A stretch of 64,000 nt of DNA from an uncultured Clostridia bacterium (GTDB lineage Bacteria; Bacillota; Clostridia; TANB77; CAG-508). The translations under genes and the position numbers were made by a program. How positions within the stretch are numbered: position 1 is the first letter of the stretch; each line of letters starts with the position of its first letter. The stretch lies in the NCBI GenBank assembly GCA_904419495.1, contig CAJFRV010000003.1:5178-69177 (forward strand). The letters are read 5' to 3'. Positions 52,928-61,948 of the stretch are shown piece by piece. The notes beneath the pieces are model-generated. The model was not told where the DNA came from and did not search any database. It saw only the letters and a program-made list of their open reading frames with translations.

Positions 52928-54238
52928 ATGAAAATAGTAGTTGCAGGAACAGGTTATGTAGGATTAGTAACAGGAGTATGTTTATCAGAGGTAGGACATA
53001 GTGTTACATGTGTAGATGTGGATGAAAATAAGATAAAGACTTTAAATGAAGGAAAAAGTCCTATATTTGAACCAGACTTAGAAGAATTAATGAAAAAGAA
53101 TAAGGAAAAACTTACATTTACATTAGATAGTAAAAAAGCATATGAAGAAGCTGATGTTATATTTGTAGGAGTAGGAACACCAGAGAAAAAAGATGGTAGC
53201 GCAAATTTAAAATATGTATATGAAGTTGCTAAAGAAATAGCAGAAAATGTAAAAAAAGATGTAATAGTTGTAATAAAATCAACAGTACCAATAGGAACAA
53301 ATAAAAAAATAGAAAAATATTTGAATAGTAATCTAAAAAATAAAGTAAGAATAGAAGTTGTTTCTAATCCAGAATTTTTATCACAAGGAACAGCAGTAAG
53401 AGACACATTACATGCACAAAGAATAGTAATAGGTGTAAATTCAAAATTTGCAGAAAAAGTTATGAAGGAAGTATATGATGGATTGGGACAACCATATGTT
53501 ATAACAGATAGAGAAAGCGCTGAAATGATAAAATATGCTTCAAATGACTTTTTAGCATTAAAAATTTCATATATGAATGAGATTGCTAATCTATGTGAGA
53601 TTGTTGGAGCAAATATTCAAGATGTAGCTAAAGGTATGGGAATGGATACAAGAATAGGAAATAAATTCTTAAATGCCGGTATTGGATATGGTGGTTCTTG
53701 TTTCCCAAAAGATACAAAAGCGTTAAGTTGGTTAGCTAACTTTAATGATTATGAATTAAAAACAATTAAAGCGGCAATAGAAGTTAATAGTAATCAAAAA
53801 TTAAAATTAATAAAAAAAGCAAGAAAATACTATGATGATTTCGAAGGGTTAAATATAGCAGTATTAGGACTTACTTTTAAGCCAAATACAGACGATTTAA
53901 GAGAAGCACCATCTTTGTATAATATACCAATATTATTGGATGAAGGAGCTAATATTAAAGCATATGATCCAGTAGGAGAAAAGAATTTTAAGAAAATATA
54001 TCCTAAAGAAATAATATACTGTAATAATGTAGAAGAAACATTAAAAAATGCAGATATATGTTTTATATTTACAGAATGGGATGAAATAAAAAATATAGAA
54101 TTGGGAAGATACAATGAATTGATGAAAACACCAATAGTACTTGATGGACGTAATTGTTATGATTTAAATGAAGTTAAAAAAGTGAAAATGGTATATGAGT
54201 CTATAGGAAGAAAAACAATTAATAATATAAACAAATAA
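52928..54238 (+). CDS. ugd: UDP-glucose 6-dehydrogenase
   Basis: MKIVVAGTGYVGLVTGVCLSEVGH NAD site and catalytic GGSCFPKDT. Confidence 0.92.
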   Translation: MKIVVAGTGYVGLVTGVCLSEVGHSVTCVDVDENKIKTLNEGKSPIFEPDLEELMKKNKEKLTFTLDSKKAYEEADVIFVGVGTPEKKDGSANLKYVYEVAKEIAENVKKDVIVVIKSTVPIGTNKKIEKYLNSNLKNKVRIEVVSNPEFLSQGTAVRDTLHAQRIVIGVNSKFAEKVMKEVYDGLGQPYVITDRESAEMIKYASNDFLALKISYMNEIANLCEIVGANIQDVAKGMGMDTRIGNKFLNAGIGYGGSCFPKDTKALSWLANFNDYELKTIKAAIEVNSNQKLKLIKKARKYYDDFEGLNIAVLGLTFKPNTDDLREAPSLYNIPILLDEGANIKAYDPVGEKNFKKIYPKEIIYCNNVEETLKNADICFIFTEWDEIKNIELGRYNELMKTPIVLDGRNCYDLNEVKKVKMVYESIGRKTINNINK

Positions 54239-54344
54239 GGAAATATAAGTATAAAATGTTACAAAATCTTAAAGATTATGTAACATTTTTGTTATATATA
54301 CGATATATAATATAATAAGGGATTTTATATGAAAGGAGAAATAC

Positions 54345-56987
54345 GTGAAAAATATAAGAAAGCTAAATAGAATTAAAATAATGAAAACTATAAAAAGAAT
54401 TATGATACTAAATTGTATACTTTTAGTATCAATTTTAGCTTGCATATATTTTTTAAAGGATAAAAATGAAACAACTAATTATACACTTAAGCCAATAATA
54501 AAAGAAGGGGAAGATTGGTATAATACAATAGATGAAGTGAGTGAATTTAATAAAGATGTTTATATACCATTAGAAACAACATTAGAAGGAATACAGTATA
54601 TAGAAGAGGATTACGGAAAAATTCCAGTATATACAGATGAACAGGGAAATAAATATATAACTTATGAAAGTTTTGGTACAAGTTCAAAGGAAGGATTTGA
54701 TAATTACCAAGCAATCCATGATGCACATGTATATGCTAATTACTACAATTATAATGTTAAAGCAACATTGGATACATATCATATATATAAATTAGAACAA
54801 ACAAATTTTATTCGTATACAAACAAATACTGATTGGAATGATGCAACTTTCATTATCCATGATGAAGAAATTAACAATTTAGATACAAGAAACTATGCAC
54901 TTTTTAGAATTGAACCTAAGCAATCAGAAATAACGATTACAGATAAAAGTATATTAAGTAATATAGAAATTAATAAAATGACAACAAAGATTCCTGAACT
55001 ATCTGGGTATGGTAATGCAATGTGTATTGTTTATAATGAAGATAAAATGCAATATATAAGATATGGTAATAATCAAGATAATGGAAAAACGCAAAGAGAT
55101 TTTTTTAAAATTGACAATGAAGGAAATATATTAAATGAAATTCAATGGGATTTTGATAATATATCTGAATTATTAATTATACCAATTCCAGAGAAAACTC
55201 TTACAGTTGAAAATGGAAATTTTGTTACTATATTGCCAGAAGAGAAATATGAACAAGATTCAGGATATTTTTTAAGAAATATATATTGTAGAAGAAGTAA
55301 TACAATTATACAAAATATAAATCATACAGTAAATAATAAAAACTATATAGGAGGTCCATATAAAGGATTTATAAATTTATATGGTGTTACAGATGTAACA
55401 ATAAAGAATTGCGAACTATATTCACATAAATATGAAGAAAAATCAAATTATGATTTATTTTTAGAATATGCTGTTGACATAAAGATAACAGATGTTACTT
55501 CAAATGATATAGAAGATGAAGGACGATGGGGAATAGGAGGAACACATTATGCAAAAGATATTACATATGAAAATTGTACATTAAATCGAATTGATTCTCA
55601 TACAGGAGTTCATAATCTTACAATTAGTAATTGCACAATAGGAATAAAAGGAATAACAGTTATAGGTAATGGAAATTTGAAGATATCTAATTCAACAATA
55701 TTATCAAATAACTATTTGATTGAGTTAAGGCAAGATTATGGAAGTACATGGGATGGAAATATATATATTACCAATTGCACATATAAACCTAAAAATGCAC
55801 AGCAATTAGTATATTTTAAAGCATCATATGATGATACAAATACTTTCCACGATTTTGGATATGATTTATATTTGCCTAATATATTTATAGATGGATTAAC
55901 AATTGATGATAAAAACTCAACATATAATGATAATAACTTATATATGTTTTATAATAGTCAATATTATACAGGGATTAGTAATGGGGATTTAACAAATATA
56001 TATAATTTACCAGAAAAAATATGTATAAGAAATTATGAAACCACATCAGGAAGAAATATAAAATTATTTTATCAAGAATTCTATAAAAATCTGGAAGAAC
56101 TAGGAATTAATTATAGCATACCATTATCATATAAAAAAGAAGTGCAAATATTAAATAGTGATAAAGAAAACATAAATAATGATACAATAACAAATAAGGA
56201 TGTAACTATAAAATATGACGAAATTGAAGGAATCCAAACACAGCTAATAATCAATTCTATTGAAGTTGGAGATACGGAAGTAATATTATCAGACAATGGG
56301 AATTATTCAATACAAATTAAATATTCAAATGATGAAGGACAGTTGGAAGAAAAAAATATAAATATAACGATTGATAAAGATGCTCCACAAATATCAGGCA
56401 TAGAAGATGAAAAAATTTATTTTAATAGTATTAAGCCACAAGTTATGGATGATCACTTAAAAGAAGTTCAAGTAACATTAAATGGACAAGCTATAGAAGG
56501 ATATTCATTAGGAAATGAATTAACAGAAGAGGGGCAATATGAATTAGTGGCAACCGATAAAGCTGGAAATGTTACAAAAGTCGTATTTTATATTTTTCTA
56601 AATGATGAAAATGGATATCAGATAAAAGATAACAATATTATGAATATATATCCAGAAACAACTGTAAAAGAATTTAAAGAGGCATTTACATTATTGAAAG
56701 AATATGTTATTAAAAATGCGGATCAAGAATTAACAGAAGAAGATAGTATAGCAACAGGTGACATATTAGAAGATGATGAAGGAAAAATATTTACATTAAT
56801 TGTATTAGGAGATCTAAATCAAGATGGTAAACTTTCTTTATCAGATATTAGCTTAGAACGTAAATATGTTTTGAAAATGGCAGATTTAAGTGAAGTACAA
56901 AAATTAGCAACTGATGTAAATTTTGATAATAATATTTCATTAACTGATATTTCTATTATGAGAAAATTAGTACTAGAAATGAAATAA
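54345..56987 (+). CDS. membrane-anchored right-handed beta-helix protein (putative polysaccharide lyase/hydrolase) with an Ig-like module and a C-terminal dockerin
   Basis: GTG start 6 nt after AAAGGAG, followed by an N-terminal TM. NCT-type beta-helix repeats (ENCTLNRIDSHTG, ISNCTIGIKG, ISNSTILSNN, ITNCTYKP). Ig-like DAPQISGIEDEK...ATDKAGNVTKVVFYI. Dockerin duplicated loop GDLNQDGKLSLSDIS...TDVNFDNNISLTDIS. Confidence 0.75.
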   Translation: MKNIRKLNRIKIMKTIKRIMILNCILLVSILACIYFLKDKNETTNYTLKPIIKEGEDWYNTIDEVSEFNKDVYIPLETTLEGIQYIEEDYGKIPVYTDEQGNKYITYESFGTSSKEGFDNYQAIHDAHVYANYYNYNVKATLDTYHIYKLEQTNFIRIQTNTDWNDATFIIHDEEINNLDTRNYALFRIEPKQSEITITDKSILSNIEINKMTTKIPELSGYGNAMCIVYNEDKMQYIRYGNNQDNGKTQRDFFKIDNEGNILNEIQWDFDNISELLIIPIPEKTLTVENGNFVTILPEEKYEQDSGYFLRNIYCRRSNTIIQNINHTVNNKNYIGGPYKGFINLYGVTDVTIKNCELYSHKYEEKSNYDLFLEYAVDIKITDVTSNDIEDEGRWGIGGTHYAKDITYENCTLNRIDSHTGVHNLTISNCTIGIKGITVIGNGNLKISNSTILSNNYLIELRQDYGSTWDGNIYITNCTYKPKNAQQLVYFKASYDDTNTFHDFGYDLYLPNIFIDGLTIDDKNSTYNDNNLYMFYNSQYYTGISNGDLTNIYNLPEKICIRNYETTSGRNIKLFYQEFYKNLEELGINYSIPLSYKKEVQILNSDKENINNDTITNKDVTIKYDEIEGIQTQLIINSIEVGDTEVILSDNGNYSIQIKYSNDEGQLEEKNINITIDKDAPQISGIEDEKIYFNSIKPQVMDDHLKEVQVTLNGQAIEGYSLGNELTEEGQYELVATDKAGNVTKVVFYIFLNDENGYQIKDNNIMNIYPETTVKEFKEAFTLLKEYVIKNADQELTEEDSIATGDILEDDEGKIFTLIVLGDLNQDGKLSLSDISLERKYVLKMADLSEVQKLATDVNFDNNISLTDISIMRKLVLEMK

Positions 56988-57120
56988 AAAGCGATGATAG
57001 ATAAAAGATTAATGTAATGTCGTAAAAAGTCATGTGATATCAAAATTAAGAAAAATCAATAATTTCTTTGAGATTTTAAGGTGAGATATGGAAATACCTT
57101 ACCTTTTTTCAGTAAAAATC

Positions 57121-57149
57121 TTGCAAAAAATGTTACAAAATTGTATACT
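57121..57149 (+). promoter_or_regulatory. promoter candidate for wzz / BY-kinase genes
   Basis: TTGCAA (57121-57126), 17-nt spacer, TATACT (57144-57149). It follows a weak hairpin taaggt/acctta with a T-run (57077-57110). Confidence 0.45.
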
Positions 57150-57202
57150 ATTAAAGTATAAAATCAAAAGAAAAAGAAAAATAAAAAGTAAGGGGAGGAA
57201 AT

Positions 57203-57934
57203 ATGGAAGAAATAGATTTAAAAGAACTATTTGTCATGTTTTGGAACAAAAAAATACAAATTATATTAATGATATTAATATTCATGGTAATAGGAATTAT
57301 TTACTCAGTAGGATTTGTAACACCAATGTATAGTTCATCAACTACATTAGTTTTGGCAGGGACAACAAACAGTACAGATCAAAATCAACCGGCAGAGGCG
57401 ATTACAACAGCGGATTTGACAATTAACTCAAAATTAGTATCAACATACAGTGTGTTAGTTAAAAGTGAAAATATATTAGGACAAGTTATTTCGAATTTAG
57501 GAATTAATGTAGATGCAGAACAATTAAAGAAAAATGTAGAGGTTACATCGGTAGAAGATACAGAATTAATTGAAATAACAGTGTCTAATGAGAATGCAGA
57601 TTATGCTGCAAAAATTGCAAATGAAATTGCGAATGTTTTCAAAGAAAAGATAGCAGGAGATGTTTATAACATAAATAATGTATATATTTGGGATGAAGCT
57701 AAAATAGCTACAGAACCTTCTAATGTTAATCATCTAAAAGATATTGTTGTTTTTGCTTTCATAGGAGCAGTTGTAGCTGTAATGTATGTCATAATTGCCA
57801 ATATGTTAGATACGACAGTTAAAACACAAGAAGAAATTGAGAAAAGCATAAAAATACCAGTATTAGCATCAATCCCTATGTATGATATGGAAATGGAAAA
57901 ACTAAAGAAAAAAGGAAAAGGAGGTAGAAGATAA
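57203..57934 (+). CDS. cpsC: Wzz/CpsC-type chain-length regulator (tyrosine-kinase transmembrane modulator)
   Basis: 243 aa with two TM segments flanking an extracellular domain; N-terminus EEIDLKELFVMFWNKKIQIILMIL. Confidence 0.85.
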   Translation: MEEIDLKELFVMFWNKKIQIILMILIFMVIGIIYSVGFVTPMYSSSTTLVLAGTTNSTDQNQPAEAITTADLTINSKLVSTYSVLVKSENILGQVISNLGINVDAEQLKKNVEVTSVEDTELIEITVSNENADYAAKIANEIANVFKEKIAGDVYNINNVYIWDEAKIATEPSNVNHLKDIVVFAFIGAVVAVMYVIIANMLDTTVKTQEEIEKSIKIPVLASIPMYDMEMEKLKKKGKGGRR

Positions 57935-58932
57935 TGAAAAGAGAACTAATTGCTCATAGAGATCCAAAATCTCCTGTTTCAGAAGTTTTTAGAACATTAA
58001 GAACCAATATTCAATTTATGAATACGAATAATAAATTAAAAACGCTATTAGTTACATCAACTTTACCAAATGAAGGAAAAAGTTGGGTAACAGCAAACTT
58101 AGCAGTTACATTTGCACAAGCAGGAAAAAAAGTCATATTGGTTGATGCAGATATGAGAAAAGGAAGACAATATACAATCTTCGAAGTTTCTCCAAGACCG
58201 GGACTTTCTAACTATTTATCAGGATTTGATAGTAATACAGGGGAAGAAATATCAGAAGATTTAGCAAACTATATACAAGAAACACAAGTACCAAACTTAT
58301 ATATTATTCCAGCCGGAAATATACCACCAAATCCATCAGAGTTATTAATATCACCAAAAATGGTAAGTTTATTAGATAGATTAAAAGAACTATGTGATTT
58401 AGTTATTATTGATGGTACACCTTGTGAATTGGTAACTGATGCCATTATCCTTTCAAGAATTGTAGATTCAACAGTAATTGTAACAGCACATAAACAAACA
58501 AAGAAAGATGATTTACAAAAAATTGTTACGAACATTCAAAATGTTGGGGGAAAGATTGCAGGAATTGTATTAAATAAAATACCGGTATCAGCTAAAAAGT
58601 ATGAACAATCTTATTATTATGGTTCAACATCTTCATCGATGGCGAGAACTAAAACTACTAGACCATCGTCAAATAGATCATCTAATGTACAAAACAGAAT
58701 GGAAAATATGAAAAGGAGAGTAAGACCAGACAATCCACAAACAATTCGAAATAATCAAGAAAAAAGAGAAAATATACATAAAGAAAGAGAAGAAGAACAA
58801 CCAAAGGCATTACAGAGTAAAATAAAAATAGAAGATACAGGAGATGTGTCACTAGAAAAAACGACAGATATATTGAACCAAATTAATGCCTATTTGGATG
58901 AAGAAAAGAAGAATTTAAATAGTAATAAATAA
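57934..58932 (+). CDS. cpsD: CpsD-type BY-kinase with a C-terminal extension of about 100 aa
   Basis: TAATG overlap with cpsC. Walker A TSTLPNEGKS, Walker A' ILVDADMRKG, Walker B LVIIDGTP and Tyr cluster YEQSYYYGS. An R/N/K/E-rich tail follows. Confidence 0.85.
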   Translation: MKRELIAHRDPKSPVSEVFRTLRTNIQFMNTNNKLKTLLVTSTLPNEGKSWVTANLAVTFAQAGKKVILVDADMRKGRQYTIFEVSPRPGLSNYLSGFDSNTGEEISEDLANYIQETQVPNLYIIPAGNIPPNPSELLISPKMVSLLDRLKELCDLVIIDGTPCELVTDAIILSRIVDSTVIVTAHKQTKKDDLQKIVTNIQNVGGKIAGIVLNKIPVSAKKYEQSYYYGSTSSSMARTKTTRPSSNRSSNVQNRMENMKRRVRPDNPQTIRNNQEKRENIHKEREEEQPKALQSKIKIEDTGDVSLEKTTDILNQINAYLDEEKKNLNSNK

Positions 58933-58935
58933 GAT

Positions 58936-58969
58936 AAAAAATACGCTTTTTAATAAAGTGTATTTTTTA
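58936..58969 (+). terminator. terminator after cpsD
   Basis: aaaaaatacgc / gtgtatttttt stem (one G-T pair) ending in a T-run. Confidence 0.6.
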
Positions 58970-58971
58970 TT

Positions 58972-58998
58972 GTATGGGAAAAATCAACTTTTCTTATA
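58972..58998 (-). repeat. interspersed repeat, partial copy 4
   Basis: gtatgggaaaaatcaacttttctta matches the 3' half of the family (reverse complement: aagaaaagttgatttttcccatac). Confidence 0.5.
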
Positions 58999-59062
58999 AA
59001 GGATAGGCAAATCAACTATTATTTAAAAATGAAATACAATACAAAAATCGTCAAAATAGAAC

Positions 59063-59108
59063 AAAATTTTCAATAAATATTGAAAAATTTTCAACTTAAT
59101 TGTATACT
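59063..59108 (+). promoter_or_regulatory. promoter of cpsB with an overlapping palindrome / direct repeats
   Basis: TTGAAA (59080-59085), 17-nt spacer, TATACT (59103-59108). A 9-2-9 palindrome ttttcaata-aa-tattgaaaa (59067-59086) overlaps the -35. aaaattttcaa is repeated at 59063 and 59084. Confidence 0.5.
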
Positions 59109-59148
59109 AATAGAGACACTGTAAAAACAAAAAAGGAGCAAAAGAAAA

Positions 59149-59931
59149 ATGATAGACTTTCATTCACATATATTACCAAATATTGATGATGGTTCAAGAA
59201 GTATAGAGGAAACTTTTAATTTAATTAAAGAGGCAGAAAAAGCAGGATTTGAAGCAGTTATATCTACTTCACATTACATGGAGAATTATTATGAAACAGA
59301 TGTCCCAGAAAGAGAAGTTTGGGTAAAAGCAATTTTAGAAAATTTAAAAACCAAAAACATTGATACAAATTTATATTTAGGAAATGAAATTTATTTTACA
59401 GATAATATTATAGAGTTATTGGAGAAAAGAAAAGCATCAACTATTAATGATACAAGTTATATATTATTTGAGCTACCTTTAAATGCAGAGCCAATGAATT
59501 TATATGATGTAGTTTATGATATGTTACAATATAAATTGGTCCCTATATTAGCACATCCTGAAAGATATAGCTTTGTGCAAAAAGAGCCAGACTTGATATA
59601 TGATTTGATTGAAAAAGGTGTGTTAATGCAAGCAAACTATGGAAGTATCATTGGACAATATGGAGAAAAAGCACAAATAATTGTTAAAAAGTTTTTTGAA
59701 AATAATATGATCCATTTCCTAGGTTCAGACGTACATAGACAAAATACAATTTATCCAAAAATACCACAAATTTTAGATGAAATAGCGGATATTATTGGCG
59801 AAGAAAAATTAGAAGAAATAACAACTAAAAATCCTAAATTAGTATTAAATAATAAAAAAATAGAAATTGATGAGCCATTTGATTTTAAATTATCTTTAAA
59901 AGAAAAAATTATTATGAATTTTAAGAAATAA
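59149..59931 (+). CDS. cpsB: CpsB/YwqE-type PHP-family protein-tyrosine phosphatase
   Basis: MIDFHSHILPNIDDGS, STSHY, LAHPERY and GSDVH metal-binding motifs. Confidence 0.9.
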   Translation: MIDFHSHILPNIDDGSRSIEETFNLIKEAEKAGFEAVISTSHYMENYYETDVPEREVWVKAILENLKTKNIDTNLYLGNEIYFTDNIIELLEKRKASTINDTSYILFELPLNAEPMNLYDVVYDMLQYKLVPILAHPERYSFVQKEPDLIYDLIEKGVLMQANYGSIIGQYGEKAQIIVKKFFENNMIHFLGSDVHRQNTIYPKIPQILDEIADIIGEEKLEEITTKNPKLVLNNKKIEIDEPFDFKLSLKEKIIMNFKK

Positions 59932-60023
59932 AATAATAATACCAAAATGACAGTTTTAGAATAGTATAAATTAATGAAAGATGAAACTAAAATCTTTTAA
60001 CAGTATAGAAAGGAAGTATAACT

Positions 60024-61388
60024 ATGAGAAAATATTTTGGAACAGACGGGATTAGAAGGATTGCCAATACAGAATTAACACCACAACTAGTATATAAAGT
60101 AGCTAAGGCAGGTGCTTATGTGCTATCAAAACATACAAATCATACACCAACCATATTAATAGGAAGGGATACACGTATTTCTGGAACATTAATAGAAAGT
60201 GCAATGACAGCTGGTTTTTTAAGCTATGGTGCAAATGTAAAATTATTAGGTGTTATTCCAACACCAGCAGTTGCTTATTTAACAAGAAAACTAAAAGCAG
60301 ATGCTAGTGTAGTTATATCTGCATCACATAATACTTTTGAATTTAATGGAATAAAATTTTTTAGTAACAAAGGAATGAAGATACCTGATTCTCTAGAAGA
60401 AGAAATAGAGGAAGTTATGGATTCAGGAAAATTAGAAGAATTAACAGCCAAAAATGAAAAAATTGGTGTGGCAGAATATTGTTTTGATTTAATGAATGAA
60501 TACATATATTTCTTTAGAAAACATTTTGATGATACTATTGAAAAACATCTAAGAGAAGATTTTGTTGTAGGAATTGATACAGCTAATGGAGCAACATCAG
60601 TAGTGGCAGAAAAAGTTTTTAAAGATTTGGGTATCAATTATAAAATTATCAATAATACTCCAGACGGTATTAATATCAATGAAAATTGTGGATCTACACA
60701 TTTAGAAAACTTGAAAAAATTTGTTGTAGAAAATAACTTAAGTTTGGGAATTGCCTATGATGGTGATGGGGATAGATGTTTAGCAATTGATGAGAAAGGA
60801 AATGAAATTGATGGTGATAAATTATTAGCCATAATTTCTTCAAATTTAAGAAAGAAAGGCAAATTAAGTAAAGATACAATTGTAGCAACTGTTATGAGTA
60901 ACTTAGGACTAAATAAATATACTCAAAACAATGATTTACATTTGATTCAAACAAAAGTAGGAGATAGATATGTATTAGAAGAAATGCTTAAAGAAGGATA
61001 TAACCTAGGAGGAGAGCAATCAGGGCATGTTATATTATTAGATTATAATCCTACTGGCGATGGAATATTAACATCTTTAATGTTAATTCAAACGATTTTA
61101 GAAGAAGATAAAAAGGCATCAGAACTTGCTAGTATAATAAAGTTATATCCTCAAGTATTAATTAATGCAAAAGTAAATGCTGACAAAAAATATGATTATG
61201 AAAAAGATGAAGATATAAAAAAAGCAATAGCAGATTTAGAAAAGGAATTTGCTGGAAATGGAAGAGTATTAATTAGACCATCAGGAACAGAACCTTTAGT
61301 AAGAGTTATGATTGAAGGAGAAGATCAAGCATATCTAACCAAAAGGGCACAAGAAATTGTTGATCTAATAGAAGAAAAATTAAAATAA
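60024..61388 (+). CDS. glmM: phosphoglucosamine mutase
   Basis: MRKYFGTDGIRRIAN, active-site ISASHNTFEFNGIKFF, GIAYDGDGDR and GGEQSGH. Confidence 0.93.
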   Translation: MRKYFGTDGIRRIANTELTPQLVYKVAKAGAYVLSKHTNHTPTILIGRDTRISGTLIESAMTAGFLSYGANVKLLGVIPTPAVAYLTRKLKADASVVISASHNTFEFNGIKFFSNKGMKIPDSLEEEIEEVMDSGKLEELTAKNEKIGVAEYCFDLMNEYIYFFRKHFDDTIEKHLREDFVVGIDTANGATSVVAEKVFKDLGINYKIINNTPDGININENCGSTHLENLKKFVVENNLSLGIAYDGDGDRCLAIDEKGNEIDGDKLLAIISSNLRKKGKLSKDTIVATVMSNLGLNKYTQNNDLHLIQTKVGDRYVLEEMLKEGYNLGGEQSGHVILLDYNPTGDGILTSLMLIQTILEEDKKASELASIIKLYPQVLINAKVNADKKYDYEKDEDIKKAIADLEKEFAGNGRVLIRPSGTEPLVRVMIEGEDQAYLTKRAQEIVDLIEEKLK

Positions 61389-61490
61389 AAAATGTAATGG
61401 TTTTGTAATAAAATTGTAACTAAAAAAACATTGATATATCAATAGGAAAATGATAACATTATACTAACAAGTATAGGGGGGAGTTGTTAC

Positions 61491-61829
61491 ATGATAATCT
61501 TTGATATATCCAATATTTTAAATCTAGTATTAATGTTGGCAGCAACAATATTATTAATATTTTTAGCACAAGAACTAAAAAAGAGTTATATTACAGGAAT
61601 CGTGTTATTTGCATATTTAATTATATTAATTGTACATGCGGGACAAATGATTACATTACCAGAAGAATATAAAGATATGTTACCAGTTCTTGCAAGATGT
61701 GTAGCAATTGATTTTGTATTTATATTAATTTCATTCTTTGCATATTTATGGGTAGATGACATAGAGGCTAAAAAAATGCAAAAGAAGAGTATAGACAATA
61801 GTTTGGATTGGCTTTGGAAGAATGTATAA
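61491..61829 (+). CDS. hypothetical small membrane protein
   Basis: 112 aa with 3 predicted TM segments, behind GGGGGAG. I recognise no family. Confidence 0.5.
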   Translation: MIIFDISNILNLVLMLAATILLIFLAQELKKSYITGIVLFAYLIILIVHAGQMITLPEEYKDMLPVLARCVAIDFVFILISFFAYLWVDDIEAKKMQKKSIDNSLDWLWKNV

Positions 61830-61837
61830 AAAAACAA

Positions 61838-61877
61838 AAAGAATATATTACTAAATTAGTAGTATATTCTTTTTTTC
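61838..61877. terminator. hairpin terminator
   Basis: aaagaatatattact / agtagtatattcttt 15-bp stem (one G-T pair) followed by TTTTT. Confidence 0.6.
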
Positions 61878-61880
61878 ATT

Positions 61881-61930
61881 GTATAGAAAAATTGACTTTT
61901 ATCTTGAACATATATAAGATTTTTTCGTAA
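61881..61930 (-). repeat. interspersed ~50-nt repeat, copy 3
   Basis: The reverse complement reads tttacgaaaaaatcttatatatgttcaagataaaagtcaatttttctatac. It lies just downstream of asd, in asd orientation. Confidence 0.75.
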
Positions 61931-61948
61931 ATAGTTACAAATTTCATT

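Noticed and set aside
57088-57333. 81-aa ORF overlapping the wzz promoter and the 5' end of wzz
   Set aside because: It is a Lys/Arg-rich translation of an A-rich promoter region, out of frame with wzz, and has no SD.
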